This document shows positions 1 to 10,943 of a stretch of 32,000 nt of DNA, in pieces (position 1 is the first letter of the stretch; every line of letters begins with the position of its first letter). Under the pieces are notes generated by a model. That model saw only the letters and a list, made by a program, of their open reading frames with translations, had not been told where the DNA came from and made no database searches. A program made the position numbers and the translations under genes. This DNA comes from Thauera sp. (GTDB lineage: Bacteria; Pseudomonadota; Gammaproteobacteria; Burkholderiales; Rhodocyclaceae), in the NCBI RefSeq assembly GCF_034003485.1, contig NZ_JAVEYL010000023.1, positions 27,410-59,409 on the forward strand, written 5' to 3'.

Positions 1-153
1 CGCCACCACCGCGACCGAGAACGCCAGCCGGCGGCCGAGGTGTTTCGACATCCGGGTCGTGCCGTCGCCGCCCTTGAGCATGACGAACAGCGCCTGGAAC
101 AGGCTGACGATGACCAGCACGAGCAGCACCACGATGACGAGCTTGACGGCCAT
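1..153 (-). CDS. DUF2909-like twin-transmembrane small protein of cytochrome oxidase clusters (3' end outside the window)
   Basis: The reverse complement from ATG at 153..151 reads MAVKLVIVVLLVLVIVSLFQALFVMLKGGDGTTRMSKHLGRRLAFSVAVVA, open to the window edge. It has two hydrophobic helices and strong GC3, and lies divergent to SURF1. It is absent from the ORF track because it is under 60 aa in the window. Confidence 0.55.
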   Translation of the reverse strand, partial: MAVKLVIVVLLVLVIVSLFQALFVMLKGGDGTTRMSKHLGRRLAFSVAVVA

Positions 154-183
154 GAACGTTCTCCGGCGGGAGGGTGGCGAGGG

Positions 184-993
184 ATGGCGATGAAGCTTAG
201 CGCGTTCGGGCACCGCTGGGTGCTGCGCTGGCGGTGGGTGCTCGCGGTGCTTGCGGTCGCCGCCGTGCCGGCGGGGCTGTCGGCGTGGCAGTGGCAGCGC
301 GGCGCGGAAAAGGAGGCGACGCTGGCGCGCATCGCGCAGTGGGAGCGCGAGGGGGCTGTCGGTCTCGCCCGGCTCGCGGAGCTGGCCGCTGCTGCAGTGC
401 GCCCGCCGATGGCGAGCGTCGATGGCGTGCAGCTCGACTTCGCGGCGCGCTGGATCGCGCCCATGGTGTGGCTGGTGGATAACCGCATCGTCGACCGCCA
501 GCCCGGTTACGACGTGGTGATCGCGGTGGAAGACATCGCCGACGTGCGCGCTGCGGGCAGCAGCGGCGCGGCGCCGCGGGCGGCGCTGGTCAATCTGGGC
601 TGGATCGCGGCCGAAGGCGGGCGCGACGCGCTGCCGGTGCCGGCGATCCCGCCGCGGCTGCGCGTGCAGGGCATCTTCCGCACCGACGTCACCGGCCTCT
701 TGCTCGGCGCCAATGTCGAGGACCACGGCCACTGGCCGATACGCATCCAGCAGCCCGACCCGGCGCAGCTCGCGGCCTGGCTGGCGGTGCCGCTTGCGCC
801 GGGGCTGATCCAGCAGCAGCAGGCTTCGCCCTTCCACATCCACTACCGGCCGGTGGTGCTGCCGCCCGAGCGCCACCGCGGCTACGCGCTGCAGTGGGGG
901 CTGATCGCGCTCGCGGTGATCGGCGTCGCGCTCGCGGCCAGTGCGCGTCGGCTGCCGACCGAATCGGGAGAGATCGCCCATGAGCAGTCGTAA
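184..993 (+). CDS. SURF1 family cytochrome oxidase assembly protein
   Basis: This is the in-frame part of ORF 40..993, starting at ATG 184 (MAMKLSAFGHRWVLRWRWVLAVLAV...). It has an N-terminal TM helix followed by LSAWQWQRGAEKEATL, typical of SURF1, and a second TM helix at the C-terminus. Context is cox assembly genes. Confidence 0.85.
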   Translation: MAMKLSAFGHRWVLRWRWVLAVLAVAAVPAGLSAWQWQRGAEKEATLARIAQWEREGAVGLARLAELAAAAVRPPMASVDGVQLDFAARWIAPMVWLVDNRIVDRQPGYDVVIAVEDIADVRAAGSSGAAPRAALVNLGWIAAEGGRDALPVPAIPPRLRVQGIFRTDVTGLLLGANVEDHGHWPIRIQQPDPAQLAAWLAVPLAPGLIQQQQASPFHIHYRPVVLPPERHRGYALQWGLIALAVIGVALAASARRLPTESGEIAHEQS

Positions 994-1507
994 ATTCCTC
1001 GCGCTGTTCCTGCTCTGTGCGCTGGTGCCGCTGGCGGCGGCGTGGGCGAGCCTGCGTTTTGGCTGGTTCTCCGCGGCGCCGACCGTCAACCACGGCGAGT
1101 GGCTGTCGCAGGAGCTGCGCCTGCTGCCCGCGCCCGAGCACGGCGGCGGGCAGTGGCATCTGGTCTATGTGCCTGCGCTCGAGGGCGAGCTTGCCGAGCG
1201 TAGCGAGCAGGCGCTGTTGATCCTGCAGCAGCTGCACGTCGGCCTCGGTCGCAAGCAGACACGGGTGCAGGCCCTGGTGCTGGCGGCGGAGAACCCGGCC
1301 GCGCGCGTACGCTTCCCCCATGTCGAATGGCAGGCCGCGCAGGTCAGCGATGCCACGCTCCAGGGCCGCATCGTGCTGGTCGACCCGCGCGGCCTGGCCC
1401 TGCTGCGCTATGCCGTCGAGCCGGGGCCGGAGCAGGCCCAGCGCGTGGCGGGCGACATCCGCAGCGACCTGCTGCGGCTGATGAACTACGACCGCAGCGG
1501 CGTCTGA
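980..1507 (+). CDS. hypothetical membrane-anchored protein of the cox assembly cluster
   Basis: ORF 941..1507. ATG at 980 gives MSSRKFLALFLLCALVPLAAAWA (signal/anchor). It overlaps the SURF1 stop by 14 nt and ends 10 nt before ctaA. GC3 is coding-like. I did not recognise a family. Confidence 0.55.
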   Translation: MSSRKFLALFLLCALVPLAAAWASLRFGWFSAAPTVNHGEWLSQELRLLPAPEHGGGQWHLVYVPALEGELAERSEQALLILQQLHVGLGRKQTRVQALVLAAENPAARVRFPHVEWQAAQVSDATLQGRIVLVDPRGLALLRYAVEPGPEQAQRVAGDIRSDLLRLMNYDRSGV

Positions 1508-1517
1508 GGAGGTGGCG

Positions 1518-2675
1518 ATGACACGCGCACGCTGGCTGGTGACTGCGACCCTGGTGCTCGCGCTGGCGGTGATCGCGCTCGGCGCCTACACCCGGCTCAC
1601 CGACGCCGGCCTGGGCTGTCCGGACTGGCCGGGCTGCTACGGCCGGCTCACGCCGCCGGTGCACGACACCCACATCGCCGAGGCCCAGGCGCGCTTCCCC
1701 GACGCCCAGGTCGACCCCTTCAAGGCGCGCAACGAGATGGTGCACCGCTACCTCGCCGGCCTGCTCGGGCTGTGCGTGCTGGCCATCTTCGTGGTCTCGC
1801 GCCGCCTGCCGCGTGGGCGTGGGCTGGCCGCGGCGCTGCTCGCGCTGGTGGTGTTTCAGGCCGCGCTCGGCATGTGGACGGTGACGATGAACCTGCTGCC
1901 GATGGTGGTGGTTGCCCACCTCTTTGGTGGTTTTGCCCTGCTGGCGCTGCTCGCGTTGCTGCGCTGCGAGCTCGGTCGCGACCCTGGTGGCGCTGATGTG
2001 CCCGCGCTGACCGGGCCCCTCGAGCCGCGCCTCGCCGGCCTGCTGGCGCTGGCCTGGCTGGCCCTCGCCGTGCTTCTTGCGCAGATCGCGCTCGGCGGCT
2101 GGACCTCGGCCAACTACGCGGCAGCGGTGTGCTACCAGCTGCCCTTCTGTGAAAGCGGGTGGACCGCGCAGTTCTCGCTGCGCGCCGCCTTCAGCCTGCC
2201 GCTCGGGCACGAGAGCTACGAGTTCGGCGTGCTGCCCTATGAGGCACGCATGAGCATCCACGTGCTGCACCGCATCGGTGCCCTGGTCGCCACCGGCGTG
2301 CTCGCCAGCCTGGCGCTGCTGTGCTGGCGGCAGGCGGTCGGTGCGCGCGTGCGCCGGCTTGCGGTGGGCGTCGGCGTGCTGCTCGCGCTGCAGGTGACGC
2401 TCGGGCTGATCAACGTGCTCGGCCAGGTGCCGCTCTTCAACGCGGTCGCCCACAACCTCACCGCCGCCTGCCTGCTCGCCACGCTGGTGGTGCTGATCCG
2501 GCAGATGCATGCGTCGGCCGGGCAGACCTTTCGTTCAGAGCAGCGCACCAATCCGGCTGCTCGGCTGACGTTCCCGGCGGATCCGGGCATGGGCGCCGAC
2601 CGTGGGAGCGGGCTTGCCCGCGAATGGGCGGATTCGGAGCCGCTGTCTTCGCGGGCAAGCTCGCTCCCACGATAA
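1518..2675 (+). CDS. ctaA: heme A synthase (COX15/CtaA family)
   Basis: ORF 1512..2675. GAGGAGG precedes ATG 1518. The protein is multi-TM with CPDWPGCYG near the N-terminus and conserved His-containing helices (MVHRYLAG, VAHLFGG, HVLHRIGA, VAHNLTA). The last ~55 aa read through a REP-like inverted repeat, so the C-terminus is atypical. Confidence 0.85.
   Translation: MTRARWLVTATLVLALAVIALGAYTRLTDAGLGCPDWPGCYGRLTPPVHDTHIAEAQARFPDAQVDPFKARNEMVHRYLAGLLGLCVLAIFVVSRRLPRGRGLAAALLALVVFQAALGMWTVTMNLLPMVVVAHLFGGFALLALLALLRCELGRDPGGADVPALTGPLEPRLAGLLALAWLALAVLLAQIALGGWTSANYAAAVCYQLPFCESGWTAQFSLRAAFSLPLGHESYEFGVLPYEARMSIHVLHRIGALVATGVLASLALLCWRQAVGARVRRLAVGVGVLLALQVTLGLINVLGQVPLFNAVAHNLTAACLLATLVVLIRQMHASAGQTFRSEQRTNPAARLTFPADPGMGADRGSGLAREWADSEPLSSRASSLPR
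2602..2670. repeat. REP-like inverted repeat element, copy 1
   Basis: GTGGGAGCGGGCTTGCCCGCGAA (2602..2624), a 23-nt spacer, then TTCGCGGGCAAGCTCGCTCCCAC (2648..2670). The arms are complementary with one mismatch. A second copy lies at 16403..16469. Confidence 0.8.
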
Positions 2676-2739
2676 CGCGCAGCCGGGGCGGCCTTGGCTG
2701 CGCATGGTGGACGCATCAACGACAACAGGGGAGACGAAC

Positions 2740-3672
2740 ATGGACGGCTACAAGCGGATTCCGACGGCGGCGGGCAGCATGGTCGATGCGCTCGCGCTTG
2801 GCCGTGCCTTCTGGCAGCTCACCAAACCGCGGGTGGTCGCGCTGCTGGTGCTGACCGCCTGGGTGGGCATGATGCTCGCGAGCGATGGCCTGCCCGACCT
2901 CGCCCTGATGGCGGTCGCTAGCCTGGGTATCGCGATGGTGTCGGGTGCGGCGGCGGCCTTCAACCACGTGCTGGACCAGAAGATCGACGCTCGCATGGCG
3001 CGCACCCGGATGCGTCCGCTGCCCACCGGGCGCCTGAGCAACGGGCAGGCGGTGAGCTTCGCATTCGCGCTCGCCGCCGCCGGCTTCGTGCTGCTGCTGG
3101 TTGCGGTCAATGCGCTCACTGCAGTACTGACGCTGGCCGGCCTGTTCGGCTATGCGGTGGTCTATACCGTGTTCCTGAAGCGCGCCACGCCCCAGAACAT
3201 CGTCATCGGCGGGGTGGCCGGCGCGCTGCCGCCGGTGCTCGGGTGGACGGCGATGACCGGGACCGTGGGCGCCGAGGCCCTGCTGCTGATGATGATCATC
3301 TTCACCTGGACGCCGCCGCACTTCTGGGCGCTCGCCATCCACCGCGTCGACGACTACCGCCGCGCAGGCCTGCCGATGCTGCCGGTCACCCACGGCATCG
3401 AATTCACCCGCACCCTGGTGCTGCTGTACACCGTGCTGCTGCTCGCGGTGTGCCTGCTGCCGTACCTGGTGGGGATGAGCGGGCTGCTCTACCTGGCGGG
3501 CAGCCTGGTGCTGAACCTGCAGTTCCTGCACCACGCCTGGCGGCTCAAGTTCGCCCCACGCGCCGACACGGCGATCCGCACTTTCCGCTTCTCGATCACC
3601 CACCTGATGCTGCTGTTCCTGCTGCTGCTGGTCGACCACTACCTGAAGTTCGGGCCGGGCGCGCTCCTCTGA
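2740..3672 (+). CDS. cyoE: protoheme IX farnesyltransferase (heme O synthase)
   Basis: ORF 2602..3672. GGGGAG precedes ATG 2740 (MDGYKRIP...). UbiA-family motifs are present: FNHVLDQKIDARMARTRMRPLPTGR and a polytopic TM profile. It directly follows ctaA. Confidence 0.9.
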   Translation: MDGYKRIPTAAGSMVDALALGRAFWQLTKPRVVALLVLTAWVGMMLASDGLPDLALMAVASLGIAMVSGAAAAFNHVLDQKIDARMARTRMRPLPTGRLSNGQAVSFAFALAAAGFVLLLVAVNALTAVLTLAGLFGYAVVYTVFLKRATPQNIVIGGVAGALPPVLGWTAMTGTVGAEALLLMMIIFTWTPPHFWALAIHRVDDYRRAGLPMLPVTHGIEFTRTLVLLYTVLLLAVCLLPYLVGMSGLLYLAGSLVLNLQFLHHAWRLKFAPRADTAIRTFRFSITHLMLLFLLLLVDHYLKFGPGALL

Positions 3673-3678
3673 TCGGGC

Positions 3679-5583
<1,905 letters not shown>

Positions 5584-5603
5584 TTTACCGCCGCGCGCGC
5601 CGA

Positions 5604-6515
5604 TCACGCCTTTTCAGTACGCCAGTCGCGCAGGGCGGCCAGGGTGTCGTCGAGACCGCCCACCACGCGGATGCCCGGCAGGCGTTTCTGCTTGTCGCGC
5701 ACGGCGGCGCCGCCGGCCCAGATCCCGATCCCGTCGGGCAGCATCGCGCGCAATTCCAGCAGGCCGTCGATCGCCTGGCGTGCCGGGTAGGCGATGCTGA
5801 ACGACAGGCCGACGATGTCGAAGCCGCCGCTCACCGCCGCGCTGCGGATGTCGGCGAGCGGTGTGCGCGTGCCCAGCGACAGGCAGGCGACGCCCTCGGG
5901 TACCAGCATCGCCTCGGCCATGAGCAGGCCGAGCACGTGCTCTTCTTCCGGGAAGGTGGTGAGCAGCACGCGCGGCCTCCCGCCCGGCGTGGCGTGGGCG
6001 CCGATCGCGCTGCGCAGCACGTTCTGCACCTGCTCGGTAAAGAGGTGTTCTTCCGGCACCTCGACCTCGCCGCGCATCCAGGCCTCGCCTACGGCGGCCG
6101 CCAGCGGGGCGACCGTGTCCGCGACGAAGCGCTGCAGTCCCTGCTTCATCAGCGCCTGGCGCAGGGCGGCGTTGAGTTCGACGCTGCGGTGCAGGCGCAC
6201 CAGTTGCAGCAGGCCGTCCTCGCGCCCGGTGCTGGCGGCCTCGGGGCACAGGCAACTGTCGAGCATGCTGGCGAGTTCTTCGATGCTGGCGCCGACGACG
6301 CCTGCCGGACGCCGGCCATGGTCGATCAGACGCCGGATCAGACGCAGTTTCTCGACCTGCTCGGGCGGATACAGGCGTTCGCCGTTGGCGTCCCGGGTCG
6401 GGGCGGGAAAACCGTAGCGCCGCTCCCACACCCGCAAGGTGTCCTTGGCGAGGCCCGTGTCGCGTTCGACGGCGGCGATGCTGAAGGCGGCTTCGGGTGG
6501 CGTGGGAGCGTTCAT
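5604..6515 (-). CDS. MerR-family transcriptional regulator with C-terminal cobalamin-binding domain (CarH/LitR-like)
   Basis: ORF 5604..6518 (TTG at 6518, ATG at 6515). N-terminal MerR HTH: [39 protein letters not shown]. The C-terminal Rossmann-like part carries EEHVLG (the ExHxxG B12-ligand motif), then SLG and a GG motif (WAGGAA). Confidence 0.8.
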   Translation of the reverse strand: MNAPTPPEAAFSIAAVERDTGLAKDTLRVWERRYGFPAPTRDANGERLYPPEQVEKLRLIRRLIDHGRRPAGVVGASIEELASMLDSCLCPEAASTGREDGLLQLVRLHRSVELNAALRQALMKQGLQRFVADTVAPLAAAVGEAWMRGEVEVPEEHLFTEQVQNVLRSAIGAHATPGGRPRVLLTTFPEEEHVLGLLMAEAMLVPEGVACLSLGTRTPLADIRSAAVSGGFDIVGLSFSIAYPARQAIDGLLELRAMLPDGIGIWAGGAAVRDKQKRLPGIRVVGGLDDTLAALRDWRTEKA

Positions 6516-6558
6516 CAAGGGGGTCTGGTGAGGTGTGAAGGGACGAAACTCTCAGTCG

Positions 6559-6587
6559 ATCTTAGGCGCAGAAAGTTTCTTTGTCCA
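6559..6587 (-). promoter_or_regulatory. candidate sigma70-type promoter of the MerR/LitR-like gene
   Basis: On the minus strand: TGGACA (6587..6582), 17 nt, TAAGAT (6564..6559). The -35 lies inside the 15-bp palindrome. Identified by eye only. Confidence 0.35.
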
Positions 6588-6594
6588 GGACAAA
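6580..6594. promoter_or_regulatory. 15-bp palindrome TTTGTCCAGGACAAA, candidate operator
   Basis: Perfect 7-bp arms around one central base, 65-79 bp upstream of the MerR-like ATG (6515). The same 15-mer (as its reverse complement) recurs at 8427..8441. Confidence 0.5.
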
Positions 6595-6599
6595 CAGCA

Positions 6600-8336
6600 T
6601 CACCCCGTCCCGTTGTTGTCCGCGTTCTCGTCCGCTGCTGCCGCCTGCTGCGGTGTCAAGTCCCCGTCCAGGACAGCGAGCATGCGCGCAGCCTTGGCCA
6701 CCTGCTCGATCGCACGCCGCTCCAGACTGGCCAGGCGCAGCCAGTCCTGCATCACGCGGATGTCGATGCGGGCGTGGGCGCCCTCCAGCAGCAGCGCCTC
6801 CTTGAAGGCCTGGTAGCGCAGCTCCGTTTCCTCCAGGCGGATCGCCACCGCCGCCGCGGAAAAGTCGTCGCGCGCGGCATCGGCGCTTGCGGCCAGGGCG
6901 CCCGTGGCCTGTCGGAAGGCGATTGCAATCGGCTCGATCTCGCTGCCCGGCGGCGAGCCCAGCGTGGTCGCCAGCGCGCACGCCTGACGCACCGCGATGA
7001 CTGCGCTCTCCTGATATTGCAGCGCGCGCAGGCTGTGCGCCAACCCCTCGACCAGCGTGGGCGGCAGACGCATTGCGCTCAGCTTGCGCACATAGTCCGA
7101 AATTGCCGGTGCGAGCGCGTCGAGTGCGCTCGCCTGGCGTTCGATCCAGGGTTCGTCGGGCGGTACCCGGGTGGCCGCGGTGAGCGCCGTCACCGCGAAC
7201 GACTGCGTGCGCCCCAGCTCGAGGCGCAGCGCGCGCAGGGCCAGGTCGGGCACCGCCAGCGAGGGTGCGTCGAGGTGGCGCGGACGGGCGATCTCTTCCT
7301 CGCGGCTGCGGAAGTGGCCGGCCAGGTAACGCAGCAGCGGGCGCGCCAGCGGCATCATCAGCAGCACACCGAGCAGGTTGAAGACGGTGTGGAACATCGC
7401 GATCATCACCGCGGGCGTCGCCGGTTGTTCGAACCACCCGCGCAGCAGGCCGAGCAGGCTGACCAGCAGCGGCAACATGGCGATCGCCATCGCCCCGGTG
7501 ACGAGGTTGAAGATCACGTGGGTCGCCGCGAGCCGGCGCGCGTTCGAGGTGGCGCCGAGCGCCGACAGGAGCGCGGTCGAGGTGGTGCCGATGTTGGTGC
7601 CGATCACCATCGCGCACGCCGCCTCGATCGACATCAGCCCGCCCTGTGCGGCGGTGATGATGATCGCGATCACGGCGCCCGAGGCCTGCATCAGCACGGT
7701 CAGCAGGGTGCCGATGCCGACCAGGACCAGCCAGCCGGTGAAGCCCGGGGCGATGTGGTCCTGCAGGTTCATCGTCGCGCCGAACCCGGAGAAGGTGCCC
7801 TTGAGCACGTCGATGCCGAGGAACAGCACGCCGAAGCCGGCCAGCGCCTGGCCGAGCGCGCGCTGGCGCACCGTGCGTCCGGCCAGCATCAACACCGCGC
7901 CAAAGCCGACGAAGGGCAAGGCGAAGGCGTCGATCTTGAAGCTGAAGCCGAGCGCCGCCACCAGCCAGGCGTTGAGCGTGGTGCCGACGTTGGAGCCGAA
8001 GATCACCCACATCGCGTTCTGCAACGACAGCAGGCCGGTGTTGACGAAGCCGATGCTGGCCACGGTGACCGCGGTCGAGGACTGCACCAGCGCGGTCATC
8101 GTCATGCCGGCGCCCAGACCGCGCAATGGCGTGGCGGTGCCGCGTTCGAGCAGGCCTTCGAGTGCGCGGCCGGCGGCGAGCTTGAGGCCCTCGGTGAGCA
8201 TGTGCATGCCGAGCAGGAAAAGGCCGATGCCGCCGGCCAGCCCGGCAAAGACGTCGAAGGGGGTGAGTGCGGTCGTGTCCAGGGGAAGGTCCTCGGGCGG
8301 AGTGCTCAGGTGCGTGCTCAGGTGCGTGCATCGCAA
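6600..8336 (-). CDS. Na/Pi cotransporter family protein with PhoU-like C-terminal region
   Basis: ORF 6600..8477. Duplicated Na/Pi-cotransporter repeats ([18 protein letters not shown] ... [13 protein letters not shown]; [22 protein letters not shown]) are followed by a helical C-terminal domain. The first ~47 codons of the long ORF have low GC3 and cover promoter palindromes. The real start is therefore probably TTG 8336 or CTG 8282 (uncertain). Confidence 0.8.
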   Translation of the reverse strand: MRCTHLSTHLSTPPEDLPLDTTALTPFDVFAGLAGGIGLFLLGMHMLTEGLKLAAGRALEGLLERGTATPLRGLGAGMTMTALVQSSTAVTVASIGFVNTGLLSLQNAMWVIFGSNVGTTLNAWLVAALGFSFKIDAFALPFVGFGAVLMLAGRTVRQRALGQALAGFGVLFLGIDVLKGTFSGFGATMNLQDHIAPGFTGWLVLVGIGTLLTVLMQASGAVIAIIITAAQGGLMSIEAACAMVIGTNIGTTSTALLSALGATSNARRLAATHVIFNLVTGAMAIAMLPLLVSLLGLLRGWFEQPATPAVMIAMFHTVFNLLGVLLMMPLARPLLRYLAGHFRSREEEIARPRHLDAPSLAVPDLALRALRLELGRTQSFAVTALTAATRVPPDEPWIERQASALDALAPAISDYVRKLSAMRLPPTLVEGLAHSLRALQYQESAVIAVRQACALATTLGSPPGSEIEPIAIAFRQATGALAASADAARDDFSAAAVAIRLEETELRYQAFKEALLLEGAHARIDIRVMQDWLRLASLERRAIEQVAKAARMLAVLDGDLTPQQAAAADENADNNGTG

Positions 8337-8426
8337 GCGTAATACCGTATGAGCGGCTTGGGGAGTGGCATCCGTCGCGGACGACGCCAACCGAGGGGTG
8401 CTGCCGTGTCTGGACAAAATTTTCAA

Positions 8427-8441
8427 TTTGTCCTGGACAAA
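8427..8441. promoter_or_regulatory. 15-bp palindrome TTTGTCCTGGACAAA, candidate operator
   Basis: Exact reverse complement of the site at 6580..6594. It ends 3 nt before a TTGACA -35 hexamer. A half-site TGTCTGGACAAA lies at 8407..8418. Confidence 0.5.
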
Positions 8442-8444
8442 CGA

Positions 8445-8473
8445 TTGACAGTGCGCAAAGCCTGCCCTATCGT
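8445..8473 (+). promoter_or_regulatory. candidate sigma70 promoter of the folE2 operon
   Basis: TTGACA (8445..8450), 17 nt, TATCGT (8468..8473), about 35 nt upstream of ATG 8508. Identified by eye only. Confidence 0.45.
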
Positions 8474-8491
8474 TCAAGCGTCAACCACTCC

Positions 8492-8502
8492 TGTCCAGGA
8501 CA
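8492..8502. promoter_or_regulatory. palindromic core TGTCCAGGACA, third related site
   Basis: It has the same GTCCAGGAC core as the 15-bp palindromes. It lies between the predicted -10 and the ATG at 8508 and overlaps the AGGA ribosome-binding candidate. Confidence 0.4.
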
Positions 8503-8507
8503 CAGCC

Positions 8508-8753
8508 ATGAATGCGAAGATGCACACCAAGCGTGCCGGCATGCTGTTCGCCATCGCTGCCGCCGCCGTAATCCCCATGCAGACGGGCGCCGAGTCGCTT
8601 GCACTTGCGCCGCAGGCCGCCGTCCTCGTCGCCCAGGACTCGCCGACCGTCGTGGACAAGGAGGCCGTTGCTCCGCTCGACCTGATGCTTTTCGTGCATC
8701 GCCCCGACCTGCCGCTGCGCGCCGTCCCCACCAAGTACAAGGACCACTCATGA
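8508..8753 (+). CDS. small hypothetical protein with a predicted signal peptide (81 aa)
   Basis: This is the in-frame part of ORF 8349..8753: [30 protein letters not shown]... It has strong GC3 bias, and its stop overlaps the folE2 ATG (ATGA). I did not recognise a family. Confidence 0.45.
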   Translation: MNAKMHTKRAGMLFAIAAAAVIPMQTGAESLALAPQAAVLVAQDSPTVVDKEAVAPLDLMLFVHRPDLPLRAVPTKYKDHS

Positions 8754-9556
8754 ACGCCCCGGAGAAATTCTTCCTGCCCGACGTCCAGTCCAGCGCCGAC
8801 CATCGCGCGCTCGTCATCCAGCGCGTCGGTGTTCGCGGCCTGCGCTACCCGATGTCGATGCGCGATGTGGACGGTAGCGTGCAGCACACCGTCGTCACGC
8901 TCGAGATGACCGTCGGCCTGCCGGCTGACGTGAAGGGCACGCACATGTCGCGCTTCGTCGAACTGCTCGAGGCAGAACGTGACGCGCTCGACCTCGATGG
9001 TCTGCGCGGCCTGTTCGCCGACATGCTGGTGCGTCTGGAGGCCAGCAGCGGCCGCATCGAGGCGCGCTTCCCGTGGTTCATGAAGAAGACGGCGCCGGTG
9101 TCGGGCGTCGACAGCCTGCTCGACATCGACGCCTGCGTGATCGTCGAGAAGCTCGAAGGCGGTGACACCCGCAGCACGCTGCAGGCGGTGGTGCCGGTGA
9201 CCAGCCTGTGCCCGTGCTCGAAGAAGATCTCGGCCTACGGCGCCCACAACCAGCGCTCGCACATCACGCTCAGCGCCACGCTGCGCGGCGACCTCGGCTT
9301 GCGCGAGCTGGTGCGCATGGCGGAGGAGGAAGCCTCGTGCGAGGTCTTCGGCCTGCTCAAGCGCCCCGACGAGAAGTGGGTCACCGAGCGCGCCTACGAC
9401 AACCCCAAGTTCGTCGAGGACCTGGTGCGCGACATCGCGCTGCGCCTGCGCGCGGATGCCCGCATCGCCGCCTGGTCGGTGCAGTCCGAGAACTTCGAGT
9501 CCATCCACAACCATTCTGCGTACGCCCTGATCGAGGGCGAGAACGCGGCGGAGTGA
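8750..9556 (+). CDS. folE2: GTP cyclohydrolase I type 2 (FolE2/MptA family)
   Basis: This is the in-frame part of ORF 8267..9556 starting [15 protein letters not shown]. Motifs include [22 protein letters not shown] and AHNQRSH, characteristic of FolE2. Confidence 0.9.
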   Translation: MNAPEKFFLPDVQSSADHRALVIQRVGVRGLRYPMSMRDVDGSVQHTVVTLEMTVGLPADVKGTHMSRFVELLEAERDALDLDGLRGLFADMLVRLEASSGRIEARFPWFMKKTAPVSGVDSLLDIDACVIVEKLEGGDTRSTLQAVVPVTSLCPCSKKISAYGAHNQRSHITLSATLRGDLGLRELVRMAEEEASCEVFGLLKRPDEKWVTERAYDNPKFVEDLVRDIALRLRADARIAAWSVQSENFESIHNHSAYALIEGENAAE

Positions 9557-9560
9557 TGTC

Positions 9561-10943
9561 ATGAAGATGGGCGAGATCGAGCGCCTGCCGGGCTTCGGCG
9601 GCGAGGGTGGCCGAAGTGACCAGGGCAGGCGGATTGCCGTGATCGGCGGCGGCATTGCCGGGCTGTCCTCCGCCTGGCTGCTCGCGCCGCAGCACCGGGT
9701 GACCTTGTTCGAAGCCGGCAGCTACGTCGGCGGCCACACCAACACCATCGACGTCACGGTGGAGGGGGTCACCCATCCGGTCGACACGGGCTTCCTGGTC
9801 TTCAATCGGCGCACCTACCCCAACCTGTGTGCGCTGTTCGCGCTGCTGCAGGTCGATGCGGTCGAGACCGAGATGAGCTTTGGCCTCAGCCTCGCCGAGC
9901 CCGACCTGGAGTGGGCGGGATCCGACCTCGGCACCGTGTTCGCGCAGCGTTCGAACCTGGTTCGCCCCGCCTTCCTCGGCATGCTGCGCGATATCCTGCG
10001 CTTCAACCGCGAGACCACGCGCATGGCGAGCGAAGGCACCATGCCTGCGCTCGCGCTCGGCGAGTACCTGGCGATCGAAGGCTACTCACGGGCGTTCCGC
10101 GACTGGTACCTGCTGCCGATGGCGGCGGCGATCTGGTCGTGCCCGACGCGCGCGATGCTCGCCTACCCGCTCGCCACCTTCGTGCAGTTCTGCCACAACC
10201 ACGGCCTGCTGCAGATTCTCAACAGGCCCAAATGGATGACGGTGAAGGGCGGCGGGCGCAGCTACGTCAGGAAGATGCTGGCGCGCCTGGACGACGTGCG
10301 GGTGAATGCGCCGGTGCGTCGGGTGGTGCGCAACGCCGACGGCGTGTGGGTGCACACGGCATCGGGGCCAGAGCACTTCGACGAGGTCGTGTTCGCCTGC
10401 CACAGTGATCAGACCCTCGCCCTCCTCGGCGGTGAAGCGAGCCCCGACGAGCGCCGCATCCTCGGTGCGGTGCGCTACCAGCCCAATCTTGCGTACCTGC
10501 ACACCGACACCGCGCTGCTGCCGCGCAGGCAGAAGGTGTGGTCGGCGTGGAACTACCTCGCCGGCGAAGGCGCGCCCGACGCACGCCCGGTGTCGGTGAG
10601 TTACCTCATCAACCGCCTGCAGCCCTTGCCTTTCGAGACGCCGGTCGTGGTGTCGCTGAACCCCTTCACTGAGCCTGCCGCCGACAAGACGATTCGCCGC
10701 ATCGAGTATTCGCACCCGGTGTTCGACCACGGCGCCGTCGACGCCCAGGCCGCCCTGCCCGCGCTGCAGGGCCGCAACCGGAGCTGGTTCGCCGGGGCGT
10801 GGACCGGCTATGGCTTCCACGAGGACGGCTTGAAGTCGGCGGTCGCCGTGGTCGAGGCGATGGGTGTCGACGTGCCCTGGCGTCGCGGCCACGTGCAGGC
10901 GTCGGCCGCGCGCGAGGCGACTGCGCTGGAGGCAGCCGCGTGA
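9561..10943 (+). CDS. FAD-dependent oxidoreductase, amine-oxidase/phytoene-desaturase-like
   Basis: ORF 9561..10943. It has the dinucleotide-binding motif IAVIGGGIAGLSSAWLL...VTLFEAGSYVGGH. Context is immediately upstream of DUF1365 and a CFA-synthase-like gene. Confidence 0.85.
   Translation: MKMGEIERLPGFGGEGGRSDQGRRIAVIGGGIAGLSSAWLLAPQHRVTLFEAGSYVGGHTNTIDVTVEGVTHPVDTGFLVFNRRTYPNLCALFALLQVDAVETEMSFGLSLAEPDLEWAGSDLGTVFAQRSNLVRPAFLGMLRDILRFNRETTRMASEGTMPALALGEYLAIEGYSRAFRDWYLLPMAAAIWSCPTRAMLAYPLATFVQFCHNHGLLQILNRPKWMTVKGGGRSYVRKMLARLDDVRVNAPVRRVVRNADGVWVHTASGPEHFDEVVFACHSDQTLALLGGEASPDERRILGAVRYQPNLAYLHTDTALLPRRQKVWSAWNYLAGEGAPDARPVSVSYLINRLQPLPFETPVVVSLNPFTEPAADKTIRRIEYSHPVFDHGAVDAQAALPALQGRNRSWFAGAWTGYGFHEDGLKSAVAVVEAMGVDVPWRRGHVQASAAREATALEAAA

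Noticed and set aside
1344-2510. 388-aa minus-strand ORF
   Set aside because: It is antisense to ctaA, which has a convincing polytopic membrane profile and conserved His motifs. This is a GC-rich shadow ORF.
6666-6674. Extra GTCCAGGAC core copy resembling the 15-bp operator
   Set aside because: It lies inside the Na/Pi cotransporter coding sequence (codons for V-L-D) and lacks the flanking TTT/AAA arms. It is likely coincidental.
8303-8330. Tandem 12-bp duplication GTGCTCAGGTGC x2 (encoding THLSTHLS on the minus strand)
   Set aside because: It has only two copies and lies in the probable 5' leader or uncertain N-terminus of the Na/Pi gene. It is most simply a slippage duplication with no evident function.
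6562-8331. 589-aa minus-strand ORF overlapping the Na/Pi cotransporter in another frame
   Set aside because: It is an off-frame shadow of the real gene. The product is Arg/Pro/Gly-rich with no recognisable motif.
8474-9655. 393-aa minus-strand ORF
   Set aside because: It is antisense to folE2 and the small upstream ORF and has no motifs. FolE2 motifs occupy the plus strand.
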